Positions 1-9,732 of a stretch of 64,000 nt of DNA are shown piece by piece. Under the pieces are notes generated by a model. The model did not search any database. It had not been told where the DNA came from and saw nothing but the letters and a program-made list of their open reading frames with translations. How positions within the stretch are numbered: the first letter of the stretch is position 1; every line of letters starts with the position of its first letter. Origin of the DNA: a virus (Duplodnaviria > Caudoviricetes); IMG/VR virus record IMGVR_UViG_3300021136_000003, positions 1 to 64,000 of that record; one strand, written 5' to 3'. Position numbers and translations under genes: made by a program.

Positions 1-83
1 CATGTTTCCGGATGTAATTTAAGTGATTCCAACACCCTATCGACATGTTTGGCATTAGGAAGATGTGACCATTCACTCATCAT
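1..83 (-). CDS. Partial hypothetical protein (runs off window start)
   Basis: ATG at 83/80 overlapping the upstream stop; reads MSEWSHLPNAKHVDRVLESL with no stop before position 1. Confidence 0.6.
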   Translation of the reverse strand, partial: MMSEWSHLPNAKHVDRVLESLKLHPET

Positions 84-304
84 TCAACTCCGAAGTGTTT
101 TTTAATCATAAACTTCATAAAATCTAGGTCACTGTCTTTGGCATATGAAAGACATTCTCGGATAATCAACTCGGCGAACTTTTCCAAGTCACGATTAGCA
201 CTCACAGGAAAGTCAATTGGGTTATTGGTATTGGTATAATGTGGAGGTTGTGCTTTCCACTTTAATCCAGCCTCAAAAGCAAGTTCTTTAATTCGTTCAT
301 TCAT
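80..304 (-). CDS. Small phage protein, MNERIKEL...HFGVE family copy
   Basis: Shares MNERIKEL, KFAELIIREC and HFGVE blocks with 301-507, 504-752 and 31908-32177. Confidence 0.8.
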   Translation of the reverse strand: MNERIKELAFEAGLKWKAQPPHYTNTNNPIDFPVSANRDLEKFAELIIRECLSYAKDSDLDFMKFMIKKHFGVE

Positions 305-507
305 TCTTCAACTCCGAAATGTTCACAGATCAGCCGATCACACGGTCCGGCGATCAAAAATGTATCTTCAGTGTTGATTGCCGCACGACAATCTCGGATG
401 ATCAACTTGGCGAACTTTTCCTTGTCAAATTCCTCACGGGAAGTCCAAGTAGAACCTTCAGATTGCGAGGTGCATTGCTTGATCAATTCCTTGATACGCT
501 CATTCAT
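301..507 (-). CDS. Small phage protein, MNERIKEL...HFGVE family copy
   Basis: Same three conserved blocks; 4-nt overlaps with neighbours. Confidence 0.8.
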   Translation of the reverse strand: MNERIKELIKQCTSQSEGSTWTSREEFDKEKFAKLIIRDCRAAINTEDTFLIAGPCDRLICEHFGVEE

Positions 508-752
508 TCTTCAACTCCGAAATGTTCTCTAATATTGTCACGTATGCTATAGGCAATATCCCTACCATCTTTATCCTGATATCCAGCAAGATGCACCCCG
601 AGATCATCAGCGACCCAAGCACATTCCCGAACAATCAACTCGGCGAACTTGTCGCGCAATCGCATCAACTGAACCGGGTTCAGTGTAGTCCATGTCTCGG
701 AAACAGCCGCATCAAGCGCCTGTTCAAATAAGTTTTCAATTCGTTTGTTCAT
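504..752 (-). CDS. Small phage protein, MNERIKEL...HFGVE family copy
   Basis: MNKRIENL, KFAELIVREC, EHFGVEE. Confidence 0.8.
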   Translation of the reverse strand: MNKRIENLFEQALDAAVSETWTTLNPVQLMRLRDKFAELIVRECAWVADDLGVHLAGYQDKDGRDIAYSIRDNIREHFGVEE

Positions 753-776
753 ACGTTGCTATCTGAGTAAGTATGT

Positions 777-805
777 ATTATAGCAGATTTTGGTATTATT
801 GTCAA
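777..805 (-). promoter_or_regulatory. Sigma70-type (early) promoter
   Basis: TTGACA-17 nt-TATAAT on minus strand. Confidence 0.85.
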
Positions 806-1038
806 TAGCACCCAAAACGACGATTTAGCACCTTGCTGTCCTCGTCGCCCCTGCTATCCATTTTGAGCGAGGTGCTCTTTCCATAGCACACATATTTGTT
901 GTCCTGAATGTAGCAGAATCCGGCACCAAGTACCGTTCCGCCGATTGCGCGGGCAACGTCATTGTGATTCAGTGTTTCAGAGAAAACGATGGGTTCAGGG
1001 AACCCTAGATCAGTGACGATATATTTGCATTGGGGCAT
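802..1038 (-). CDS. Hypothetical phage protein
   Basis: 78-aa ORF in co-oriented gene run. Confidence 0.7.
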   Translation of the reverse strand: MPQCKYIVTDLGFPEPIVFSETLNHNDVARAIGGTVLGAGFCYIQDNKYVCYGKSTSLKMDSRGDEDSKVLNRRFGCY

Positions 1039-1039
1039 A

Positions 1040-1249
1040 TTAAGCTGCCAGCCGATCTGCGAGTTGTTTGTGGTTAATGTTCATTTCCTCGTTGGAAATG
1101 TAGAAGTCAGAGCGAGGATCGTAATAGCGGCCTTCTTTGTTGTCATAATACAACACACGACCAGAGAACGAGAACGGGCCCTCAAGACCTTTGCGCGGCC
1201 CGTAGTTGTCGCGCATGTTATCCATGACGCTCAAAACTTTATAACCCAT
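1040..1249 (-). CDS. Hypothetical phage protein
   Basis: GGAG RBS; downstream of sigma70 promoter. Confidence 0.75.
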   Translation of the reverse strand: MGYKVLSVMDNMRDNYGPRKGLEGPFSFSGRVLYYDNKEGRYYDPRSDFYISNEEMNINHKQLADRLAA

Positions 1250-1280
1250 TTATTGCTCCGTGTTGCGAGTTGATAAGTGT

Positions 1281-1309
1281 ATTATATACCCAAACTGATT
1301 TATTGTCAA
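1281..1309 (-). promoter_or_regulatory. Sigma70-type promoter
   Basis: TTGACA-17-TATAAT. Confidence 0.85.
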
Positions 1310-1315
1310 CCGTAT

Positions 1316-2086
1316 TTAGATGGCGCTCGTTGAACTGTTGGTCAGGTAATCTTCGATTTTAATGTTATGTCTAATCAGGCACTCTTTTTTATCAACCGTT
1401 GATATCTCGTCCCATTGTCTCATTTTTGTATTAAAATATTTATGGGGGTCGGGCACATCGTCAATACAATTTGGTCTTGTTATAGCCGCCCATGCCCAAG
1501 AAAGATTACATGCATTAATTCCTTCTGATTCGCATATTTGTTGTAATTCAACATGCGGACCGAATTCTGCAAGTAATATATATCGTTGACTTATTATATC
1601 ATGCACCTCGTTGGTCATCATAAAAAAGTGATCACCTAACCCTATGTGAAATTCGCTACTAAGGTCATATAGCATTTTTCGTTGGTTGTTAAAGTTAGTG
1701 GTATATAATGATCTGGGTTCCGGAGGTATTACCTCAAATCTTGCGTATGGTAAAATATCTGGACGAGTGTCGAACACTGCATCATACTTGATGTTGGCTT
1801 GTTTTTCTCTTTGTTTTTTATATGGAATAAGCAGATAATTGAAAAGGCCGGGCCCTATCCATCCGTTGTAATTAGTTTCGGTAACCGGCAATGTTAACAT
1901 TTTAATAAGATTTCGCCCGTTGAAATCTTGCACCACTGATTGTATAACGCCGGGGTTATAAGTGGCCCAGGTTGCAAAGTAATAATCTACATTATCTGCA
2001 ATTGAATCAAAAAAATCAAATGTTACCTGTTTAGTGAAGTTCCAAGTTCGAAGGTGACCTCTGATAATAACAGCGATGTGTCTCAT
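1316..2086 (-). CDS. Putative glycosyltransferase-like protein
   Basis: IAVIIRGHLRT N-terminus, YD...RPD motif, located in sugar cluster. Confidence 0.45.
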   Translation of the reverse strand: MRHIAVIIRGHLRTWNFTKQVTFDFFDSIADNVDYYFATWATYNPGVIQSVVQDFNGRNLIKMLTLPVTETNYNGWIGPGLFNYLLIPYKKQREKQANIKYDAVFDTRPDILPYARFEVIPPEPRSLYTTNFNNQRKMLYDLSSEFHIGLGDHFFMMTNEVHDIISQRYILLAEFGPHVELQQICESEGINACNLSWAWAAITRPNCIDDVPDPHKYFNTKMRQWDEISTVDKKECLIRHNIKIEDYLTNSSTSAI

Positions 2087-2931
2087 AGTAATTTATTTTC
2101 CAGACAATACTTACCCATATATTCTCCCCAAATCGCATGGCCATGGGCATTGGGATGCCATGAGCCTATTACCGAGAGTGTGTTTCCGCCTGCGGCGGCC
2201 ACCATGAAGTTATGTGATGTTCCTATTTTTGATTGTGTCGCTTCCATAAATCGTATTGGATCAATACTCTGTAATAAGATTTTATCGCCGGGTGTTATCT
2301 CATTAATATAATCAGAGGTATATTTATTGTCATCCCACTGATGCGGATAATATCCGGAATAACTGTGATCATAAAACGCCTGATGCATAACATATTTTAT
2401 ATTAAATTTTTTCAATAACATTTCTGTTTGATAAATTTGAAATAGCCACTTATGAATAAACCCACCGGTGTTCAAAAAATACTTAAAGTATAATTTCATA
2501 AACTTGCTTACTTCACTGTTCTCATAAACCGCGGCGTTTGTAGACCAAGACCCAAATGGTAACCATGCCCCATCTACTCCTCCATACTCTTTGTTATAAA
2601 ACTCCACTCGCTCCGGAGAAGTCCATCCTATACTTACGAACAAGTCAGATGTGTCCCTGCCCGTAGTATATCCCTCCACTAGTAGCCATTCAGTAAGTCT
2701 GCGGATTATTGCTTCATTTGATATGCTGCACTGACTTAAATCTACTATTTCATCTGCTTGCACCATGTCAGCAAATACTTGGATATATTTATGCTTTAAA
2801 CGATAATGTTCGTGGAACGGGACGAAGTGTAGATGATGATTATCGGCGCCCTCTGTCCAAAAGGGCTCTTTTTTAGGATCTATTAATTCGGCTCCCCAGC
2901 ACCAACTATCTCCGCATGCTACTATTTTCAT
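2083..2931 (-). CDS. SGNH/GDSL hydrolase-fold protein
   Basis: GDSW near N-terminus and HPNAHGH near C-terminus. Confidence 0.7.
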   Translation of the reverse strand: MKIVACGDSWCWGAELIDPKKEPFWTEGADNHHLHFVPFHEHYRLKHKYIQVFADMVQADEIVDLSQCSISNEAIIRRLTEWLLVEGYTTGRDTSDLFVSIGWTSPERVEFYNKEYGGVDGAWLPFGSWSTNAAVYENSEVSKFMKLYFKYFLNTGGFIHKWLFQIYQTEMLLKKFNIKYVMHQAFYDHSYSGYYPHQWDDNKYTSDYINEITPGDKILLQSIDPIRFMEATQSKIGTSHNFMVAAAGGNTLSVIGSWHPNAHGHAIWGEYMGKYCLENKLL

Positions 2932-3370
2932 TTCTTTCCTTTATTTTGTTTATAAAGTCACTGCATATTGCATAGCACTTTACACTGCGTATATTTTCTA
3001 GTGTATGATCAGAATATTCAGGCATTACCATAATACTGCGGGGAGTTAATTCCTGCCCGGGATATGTCCAAATATATCCGTTACTAGTAAGAGTAAACCG
3101 ATCATTCTCATGCCAGAAAAAAGTATGGTTTGTAGAAGTTAACCACATAAGAGCTTCGATATTCTTTGCATGGATCCATAATTTATCATTGAGCCAAGAT
3201 TCATCAATACTATACTGAGCGCGATCATGCCCTAATTTAAGGCCGTGGTCTACCCATAGATCAACTTCACATTCATATCCGAGAGTGATAGCCTCTTCGA
3301 TTTGTCTAGGGTTGTTTTCTAATGATGAATCCGGCCCATCGAATAGCCCGCGGTGTGCTATGTATTTCAT
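2906..3370 (-). CDS. Glycerophosphodiester phosphodiesterase-like protein
   Basis: IAHRG, EN, ExDLW, LGHD motifs. Confidence 0.75.
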   Translation of the reverse strand: MKYIAHRGLFDGPDSSLENNPRQIEEAITLGYECEVDLWVDHGLKLGHDRAQYSIDESWLNDKLWIHAKNIEALMWLTSTNHTFFWHENDRFTLTSNGYIWTYPGQELTPRSIMVMPEYSDHTLENIRSVKCYAICSDFINKIKERNENSSMRR

Positions 3371-4071
3371 AGTAATCTAAGAATGTTCCAGGTATCTTGA
3401 AACCCGTTAACCTCATATACCTTGTCCTGACCAAAACTACATGCACTTGCCAGAGGCTGATCGATCTGACCTTCTCCGCATTTGTCCCCGAAAAAGTATA
3501 CTGATTCTGGCCCGGGGTATGGAATTAAACCGCGGCATTGTCCTTTATTCGCACCACGCAAGCATATATCGATGCTAGTATTACCTCCTATATATGCGTC
3601 AAATCGAGGAAACTTATTAAGAAATTCCAGACGAATTTGCTCACGCTCTTGGTGAATATCATCCCATTGTTTATATTCTGCTCGTTGCTCTATCGAGGCA
3701 TTCCTACCCAATGTTGAAAAGTTTATGCTGCCGGGTCGTAGATCGAGGTGAAATCCCGTCTTGGCCGACCATGCACTATTTCGTAGGACGTTATCTAACC
3801 AATCTCGTTCATCCGAGTGTAGAGCTATTTGATTTATCCGCGTCTCTTTACCATACATCCAAATACTATTACCCAGACAATTAAAGCTTACGCAGGCCAT
3901 GTCAACAATTTCTTGACCTATTTGCTGGATTGTTTTTGCTCGTTGGCTGCCGGTAGCAAGGTATATTATTTTGCCCTGGCCCCATTCAATAAACCATTCT
4001 TTAAACTCCGGAGTGATGCTGCATCCTGTATCGCACAAAACTCCATCAACATCGAACATCCAACCTATCAT
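3367..4071 (-). CDS. HAD-IIB phosphomannomutase-like enzyme
   Basis: FDVDGVL, TGS, GGNTSIDI, NKG, FFGDK motifs. Confidence 0.8.
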   Translation of the reverse strand: MIGWMFDVDGVLCDTGCSITPEFKEWFIEWGQGKIIYLATGSQRAKTIQQIGQEIVDMACVSFNCLGNSIWMYGKETRINQIALHSDERDWLDNVLRNSAWSAKTGFHLDLRPGSINFSTLGRNASIEQRAEYKQWDDIHQEREQIRLEFLNKFPRFDAYIGGNTSIDICLRGANKGQCRGLIPYPGPESVYFFGDKCGEGQIDQPLASACSFGQDKVYEVNGFQDTWNILRLL

Positions 4072-4394
4072 GATTCAACCAAGTATTTGTCACCGGAAAT
4101 TCCGGGCACTTTGACGCACAGAATGGTGCAATCTTCGTGGAAAGCAGGTTCAGCAATTTCGCCGGGTGCAATGATGAAGGTGTCACCGGCCACCAATTCT
4201 TCCCCGCATACATTCATGCTACCTGATATCAGCAAATTGTATTCGGTGGCCACGCGGTGATAATGCGCCGGCCATATCTGCCCCTTTGGATGATGTAATA
4301 CAGCAACCTCAAACAATTCAGTTTTCAAAAGCGAAGGTTCAAAGTTTCCCATCATCCATCCGCGGGTCATTTCTGAAATCTTACCTACTTTCAT
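4068..4394 (-). CDS. Cupin-domain protein
   Basis: HYH...EYNLLISG cupin motif; start revised to MKVGKI. Confidence 0.7.
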   Translation of the reverse strand: MKVGKISEMTRGWMMGNFEPSLLKTELFEVAVLHHPKGQIWPAHYHRVATEYNLLISGSMNVCGEELVAGDTFIIAPGEIAEPAFHEDCTILCVKVPGISGDKYLVES

Positions 4395-5064
4395 ATGCCT
4401 CCAGGTCACCCGGTGTGCCGATCGGGTAATATTCTTTGTCAGCGACCATGTATATTCCTATTCGTTTCTTCATATAGTTATAAGTGGGTGCAATGTAGAA
4501 TTCGTTTCTTGTTCGATTGTTTTCCGCAATCATCTGATCAGCAGATAAAATAAAATCTTGACCGTTTCCCCAATAATGGATTCCGGTTAATGCCGTGTTA
4601 CTGATTACTTTCTTTTCAGCGAACTCCTCTGCAAGTCCTTCCCCGTTTACTCTGACATAACTATGTTTCGGATCACTGCTATTTATTGTTACAACAGCAC
4701 CATCATATTTACGCATCTCAGTCAGCGCCTTTTCACTGTCCCAATTCATGATTTGGTCACAGTTAGCAATGATAAGTTCATCGTCATTGATATGTTCTCG
4801 TAGCAATAATGCAGACGATGCCGGGCCGGCAGTGAGGTGATCAATTTTTACTATTATCGGATCGACACATTGTTCAATCGCCCATGTTGTCTGCGCCAGA
4901 TATTCATCGTCCCTAACAACAAAATGATATACTCCGTCGAAGCCTAAACTTTCAACCGCTCGTTGTATCATCAATCGGCCGTCGACTGGTATTAGAGGCT
5001 TTGGCATTGAATGAGTTTTACTGAATCTGCTGCCGGCACCTGCCAATGGTATTATGATGTTCAT
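4381..5064 (-). CDS. Sugar-phosphate nucleotidyltransferase (NTP_transferase family)
   Basis: IIPLAGAGSRF...PKPLI, NCD, EK motifs; start revised to MNIIIP, just after TAAATA. Confidence 0.85.
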   Translation of the reverse strand: MNIIIPLAGAGSRFSKTHSMPKPLIPVDGRLMIQRAVESLGFDGVYHFVVRDDEYLAQTTWAIEQCVDPIIVKIDHLTAGPASSALLLREHINDDELIIANCDQIMNWDSEKALTEMRKYDGAVVTINSSDPKHSYVRVNGEGLAEEFAEKKVISNTALTGIHYWGNGQDFILSADQMIAENNRTRNEFYIAPTYNYMKKRIGIYMVADKEYYPIGTPGDLEAYESR

Positions 5065-5097
5065 CAAGTATTTATCTAGGGTAGGATTTAGCCGCGG

Positions 5098-5120
5098 AAA
5101 AAGGCTCCGAAGAGCCTTTT
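5098..5120. terminator. Intrinsic terminator after rIIB (possibly bidirectional)
   Basis: AAAAGGCTC-CGAA-GAGCCTTTT hairpin. Confidence 0.75.
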
Positions 5121-5133
5121 CGTTCAATTCGAC

Positions 5134-6198
5134 TTACTTAGTCGGGAAGGGCCACGCGCTTTGTGGAGTCAGCTTCACTGCCGGGGCAGCGTTGCCAAAA
5201 CGATAGCGTTCATCAGCACCGTTTTGCGAATCATCTGCGCCCTTATCAAAGCCTTCGTTGTATGCATCGCGCTCTTGCCAAGACAAGCCCGGCGCATTAA
5301 ACTCATCACCGGCGAATCCATCAGTGTAACCACGATAGAAAGCAGACGAACCCAACTTCGGACCTACCGGAGTCACAACATACGCCTGACGCGCTGCTGC
5401 CATAATCGCCTCGTTTGTACGGGTCCGACGATCCTGTTCACTGACCTCAGCGTCAGCACGATCATTGCTCATGCCTTGAACCGCGTCAGTGAATGCCTTG
5501 TCAGGGTCCACGTTCAGTTCGCCGATCACCTCGTAGCGACAAGTGCGACCCTTCGCATCATTGTAGTCGGATGGGATCGAAACCACATCACGCGGGTTGA
5601 TCTTCACGATCACCGTGCGCTCACCGCCGAAATGATTCAGGTAGCTCATAGAACAGAAGTGCAGACCGGTAGAACAAGTTTGATCCTTGTTGTCGTCCAC
5701 TTCGTTGCGTTCCATTTCCAGAACTTGACCGACAGAGTTATCCATCGTGCCACTGTGACAATCTAGATAGTTGTCGCGTACCTTCTTGTAAGCCAAGAAA
5801 TGACCATCGGGCGTGATCGGCAGATTGCTCTTTTCCAGAAAGCCGTATAGCTCCTGGACACTCCGCTTGCTTGGGTTGCTCATGAGATTTTCCATAAACA
5901 GAACCATCGGCTCAATCGGGAAGCCCTCTTGAAGCATTTGGATCATGCGAATTGCCAGTCCGGTGTTCAGTTCCTTGCCCTTCCAGAACAGGGTTTCACC
6001 TTCGATGCTGACGTTGCCCTTGCCGTAGCTGAGGACGACCTTCTTGGGTTCGATTGTATCGCGGACTGCATCCCAATCACCAGCCTTGATAGCGTCCAGA
6101 ACCTTTTGATAGGTGATGTGCGTTCGGCTGATGGTGTGCGACTTGTTGCCAATTACGACAACAACGTTTGCGCCTTGGATTAGATACGGGTGGCTCAT
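5134..6198 (-). CDS. rIIB: rIIB-like protein
   Basis: NPS, ITPDGHFLAYK, CSTGLH, VKINPRDVVSIP.DY..AKGR.C.Y motifs; follows rIIA. Confidence 0.9.
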   Translation of the reverse strand: MSHPYLIQGANVVVVIGNKSHTISRTHITYQKVLDAIKAGDWDAVRDTIEPKKVVLSYGKGNVSIEGETLFWKGKELNTGLAIRMIQMLQEGFPIEPMVLFMENLMSNPSKRSVQELYGFLEKSNLPITPDGHFLAYKKVRDNYLDCHSGTMDNSVGQVLEMERNEVDDNKDQTCSTGLHFCSMSYLNHFGGERTVIVKINPRDVVSIPSDYNDAKGRTCRYEVIGELNVDPDKAFTDAVQGMSNDRADAEVSEQDRRTRTNEAIMAAARQAYVVTPVGPKLGSSAFYRGYTDGFAGDEFNAPGLSWQERDAYNEGFDKGADDSQNGADERYRFGNAAPAVKLTPQSAWPFPTK

Positions 6199-8381
6199 TT
6201 GATTTCCTTTTTCGATGCGTTGATTAAATTGATGTATTCCGCTACACCTGCGTTGTTTTGTCCATACGACAAATTCTTGAAAAGAGGGTACGAATCGTAC
6301 ACCACTTGACATTCTTTCACTGTCGCTGCCTTGAGTGCCTGTGTGCTAATTTTAGCATTCGGGGCAAACTTTTGGCAGAGCCTGTTCAGATTGTATTCTG
6401 AATATGAAACCTCTTTCACATCCTTAAATTTCAGTGCAAACTTCACATATGGACTTTCTTTATCAGTGATTTCTTTTTCTAAAGATACATTATAACGTAC
6501 CATGTCGAACCTGTCAAGCTCCGACATGACCAAACCCATCAAAAACGAGTCATCAATTTTGGCGAGTTTACCCACAATGAACGTTTCGATGTTGATCCAG
6601 TTCTTTTGAGTCTTGATAAACTCAATGTCACCCTTACGAACACCGTACACAACCACATCCGCGATGCCCGGGACGCCTGACTTGGACATGTCTTCATGCA
6701 ATGTCTTTGCGTCTTGGTAACCGACAGTGCTTTCCATAGTGTAGCCGCTCAGAGGCATGTAGTAATACGTTGTCTTTTTGTCAAACGCATCGGCTTTGCC
6801 TGCATCACGCCACACCATGTCCTCGCCACCGTAGCGACGACGATAGCTGCGGGCATTGTCCTTGCGCTCCATACGCATGATGGTCACGTTCTTTGCGCGG
6901 TCAGTCACTGCCCGTTCTTTCTGGAGCATAGTAGATGCCAACATCGAACGATTTGCAGGAGGACTTGCGATAGCCTTCAGAAAAGCCGCGATATTCATCG
7001 CCATTTTCTTGTCAGCCTTTTCCATAACATGCACTTCTTCCGAGTATGCCTGAGAACGGGTGCTGTGCTTCCAGTGATACTTTGCACGAACCAGTGCGCC
7101 GACCTTTGTATCATTCTCAATAAAGAACGTATTCTCACCGACACTGAAACTCCACACAGGGGTAACAGTCTCTTTGCCGGCTGCATCACGACCATATTCA
7201 TTATGCGGCTTGCGATTTGACGCCGCCGAATAACTACGGTGCTTGGTGAACGCCCGCATGTTGATGTTGTACTTTGATGCCATGTCCTTTTCAGAGATGA
7301 CAAAATTCTTCAGGCGCAGCCGACCACCATCCATCACCATCAACGGGAATTTCGTGTCAGTCACATACTTGGTGACAGCAGCAGACCACAGTGATGAATC
7401 CTTTTTAGTGTTCAGGAAGAGTGCGCGATCCCACAGATTTGCGATCTTGTCAGCGTCAACTGCCAGACGAATCGGCAGCGCACCAGTAAGCACTTCCAAC
7501 TTTTTCCTGATCGCCACAACAGTTTCGGGAATGTAGCTCAGACCTTCCCGGCTTGCTTGAAAGTCAAGCTCACCGATATCGAAGTGCATTTCCAGACCGC
7601 AGTTGAGCATATTGCGGTACTCGCCAATATTTGTGTCACTAGAAGGAATGTCAATCGGGTAAGCAATGTTGCCCATGATTGCGATTGAGCGGTTATTGCC
7701 ACCGGTCGAGTGAACACCGGGAACGATGTCCTTGTCAGAGTATTTCAGATCAACAAATTGAAAACCAGACGAACCAGACACCACAGGGCGCAGCTTGAAA
7801 TAAGTGTACACTGTGCGGGCTTCCGACTTGAACTTGTCAAAGTCATACCGATCATTCACAGAGAACTTGACCTCGACACCAGACGGATCAGTAGATTCCT
7901 CTTCCATCATCAGAGCGATGCTCGGCACACCTTGCTCATTGATGAAAGCAGAGTAGATGCCGCGATGACCATTCTTGATTGCGGTCACAGTGAAGTTGTC
8001 AGTGTACGAGAACGGAGACTTGGAGCCGAGACCCAGAGCACCAATGAAAGCATTGGAGTCGGTTTTTGTACTCTCAAAATAAGTTGTGTAGATATTGGTG
8101 ACCTGCTCATGCGTCAGTCCAGTACCATAGTCACGGATGCTGAACCAAGGTTCCAGTGAGTTGGGTAGGTGAATGTCGAATGGAGTCTTGTCGTTGCCGG
8201 CGTCGATGTGACTGTCAACTGCATTTGTCGATAGCTCCCTAATGATGGCACGAATTTTATTCGCGTATAACCCACTTGACAAGATGTTGAAGGCTTTTGC
8301 TGAATTGCGAATACGAAATTCGCCAACAGCACTTACATTAGACAAAATGGCTTCATTTGAAGGAGCAGAATTTATGATCAT
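6195..8381 (-). CDS. rIIA: rIIA-like protein (GHKL ATPase N-domain)
   Basis: IRELSTNAVDSH, IRDYGTG, STK, GALGLGSKS, SREGLSY; paired with rIIB. Confidence 0.9.
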   Translation of the reverse strand: MIINSAPSNEAILSNVSAVGEFRIRNSAKAFNILSSGLYANKIRAIIRELSTNAVDSHIDAGNDKTPFDIHLPNSLEPWFSIRDYGTGLTHEQVTNIYTTYFESTKTDSNAFIGALGLGSKSPFSYTDNFTVTAIKNGHRGIYSAFINEQGVPSIALMMEEESTDPSGVEVKFSVNDRYDFDKFKSEARTVYTYFKLRPVVSGSSGFQFVDLKYSDKDIVPGVHSTGGNNRSIAIMGNIAYPIDIPSSDTNIGEYRNMLNCGLEMHFDIGELDFQASREGLSYIPETVVAIRKKLEVLTGALPIRLAVDADKIANLWDRALFLNTKKDSSLWSAAVTKYVTDTKFPLMVMDGGRLRLKNFVISEKDMASKYNINMRAFTKHRSYSAASNRKPHNEYGRDAAGKETVTPVWSFSVGENTFFIENDTKVGALVRAKYHWKHSTRSQAYSEEVHVMEKADKKMAMNIAAFLKAIASPPANRSMLASTMLQKERAVTDRAKNVTIMRMERKDNARSYRRRYGGEDMVWRDAGKADAFDKKTTYYYMPLSGYTMESTVGYQDAKTLHEDMSKSGVPGIADVVVYGVRKGDIEFIKTQKNWINIETFIVGKLAKIDDSFLMGLVMSELDRFDMVRYNVSLEKEITDKESPYVKFALKFKDVKEVSYSEYNLNRLCQKFAPNAKISTQALKAATVKECQVVYDSYPLFKNLSYGQNNAGVAEYINLINASKKEIK

Positions 8382-8413
8382 TTAAACCTCTTAGTCATTG
8401 TTGAATAAATAGC

Positions 8414-8442
8414 ATTATAACATATTTCTGAATTAAAGTCAA
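8414..8442 (-). promoter_or_regulatory. Sigma70-type promoter for rIIA, overlapping a divergent ATAAATA box at 8405-8411
   Basis: TTGACT-17-TATAAT. Confidence 0.75.
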
Positions 8443-9153
8443 ATGCCGCAACCTTACGTCTATTTAATAACAAATTTCCTTACCGGTGAATTCTACTATG
8501 GATTGAGAGCCAAAAATGTTCAATTGGCAAGAACCCCTGAGGAAGATTTTTGGATTCACTATGAAACGTCATCAAAAAGAGTAAAGCAACTAATTCACCA
8601 ATATGGAAAGGATTCCTTTGACTTTGAAATCGTATTCCGGAATGATTCGTTCGACGCATGTTACCAAAAAGAACAGGAACTTATAGGGGCACATCTCAGT
8701 GATGAAAAATGCCTAAATATGTATTGTAGAGAAACCGGCAAATTCTCTACATATGGCAACAAACAATCTGATGCCACAAAAGAGAAAATCCGAGCCAAGG
8801 CTCTTGGCAGAGTTGTGTCACCTGATACGATAGCCAAAATAAAGCTATCGACAACTGGTGTTAAGAAGTCTTCCGAGTGGGTTTCTAACGCGGCGGCAGG
8901 GCGTACTGGCAAAAAGAATAAAAACCCTGCATGGAATAAAGGTCTCACTGGCCAACCAGGCCACCCGAACGCCCTTAAGGGCACCACTGGATTACGCCCA
9001 CACACTGAACAGTCAAGATCAGCCATTGGCAACGCTCTTCGGGGAATGAAACATGAGATTGTTACTTGTCCACATTGTGGCCAAACTGGTGGAAAACCCG
9101 CAATGCGTCAATGGCATTTTGATCATTGTAAATTCAAGAATTCCCAAAGGTGA
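8443..9153 (+). CDS. GIY-YIG homing endonuclease with NUMOD3-like repeats and C-terminal CPHC zinc ribbon
   Basis: YVY...FYYG; KEKIRAKALGR; CPHC...WHFDHCK; antisense to flanks. Confidence 0.8.
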   Translation: MPQPYVYLITNFLTGEFYYGLRAKNVQLARTPEEDFWIHYETSSKRVKQLIHQYGKDSFDFEIVFRNDSFDACYQKEQELIGAHLSDEKCLNMYCRETGKFSTYGNKQSDATKEKIRAKALGRVVSPDTIAKIKLSTTGVKKSSEWVSNAAAGRTGKKNKNPAWNKGLTGQPGHPNALKGTTGLRPHTEQSRSAIGNALRGMKHEIVTCPHCGQTGGKPAMRQWHFDHCKFKNSQR

Positions 9154-9334
9154 ACTCACGGACCCATTCAAACATCGTGGTCGCCGGAACCCATTTTACA
9201 TGTTGTTGGCGACGTTTCATTTGTTCAAAATCAGTGCAAACACAGACCCACCCGCGCACATCCGAGAAGCCAACTCGGTCGGCATATCGGACGATTTCAA
9301 CGATTTTCCCGTTCATCTTTCCTACTACCATCAT
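9134..9334 (-). CDS. Hypothetical phage protein
   Basis: AAGGAG RBS; promoter at 9363-9391. Confidence 0.7.
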   Translation of the reverse strand: MMVVGKMNGKIVEIVRYADRVGFSDVRGWVCVCTDFEQMKRRQQHVKWVPATTMFEWVREFTFGNS

Positions 9335-9362
9335 TGCTGACTCCTTACCTTATTGAAGTCAT

Positions 9363-9391
9363 ATTATAGCAGATTTCGGGTTTATTGTCAA
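9363..9391 (-). promoter_or_regulatory. Sigma70-type promoter
   Basis: TTGACA-17-TATAAT. Confidence 0.85.
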
Positions 9392-9732
9392 TGAAAAGTT
9401 TGATTGTGCAAAGTTTGGGCAGCAGATTTTTGTTTGCGAGGGTTGGGCAGCCTGCTAGTGCCCAGTTCAGCGTGGGAGTAGAACCCGTATAGTTTAAATA
9501 CCCTAGGATTTGAACCACTTAAAGTATAAACAAGACTGATATCCTGCGTCATCTTAGCATGACAGTATCCGCGAAAATGTCCTTCATTGGAAAAGGGATA
9601 GTCGCTATTACCAAATTTGGCCAGTGGATTTTCTAGTTTGCTTTTTCTGAATTCTTTAAGGATGGCGCCGCATTCGGGATGGTTTCCTAATGTTGTTTTG
9701 AATCCACTTCCCTCTAAGAAAACGGCATTCAT
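9388..9732 (-). CDS. RelE/YafQ-like mRNA interferase (putative)
   Basis: Size and DYPF...G...H.K...D.SLVY...YSH.EL pattern typical of RelE/YafQ fold. Confidence 0.55.
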   Translation of the reverse strand: MNAVFLEGSGFKTTLGNHPECGAILKEFRKSKLENPLAKFGNSDYPFSNEGHFRGYCHAKMTQDISLVYTLSGSNPRVFKLYGFYSHAELGTSRLPNPRKQKSAAQTLHNQTFH

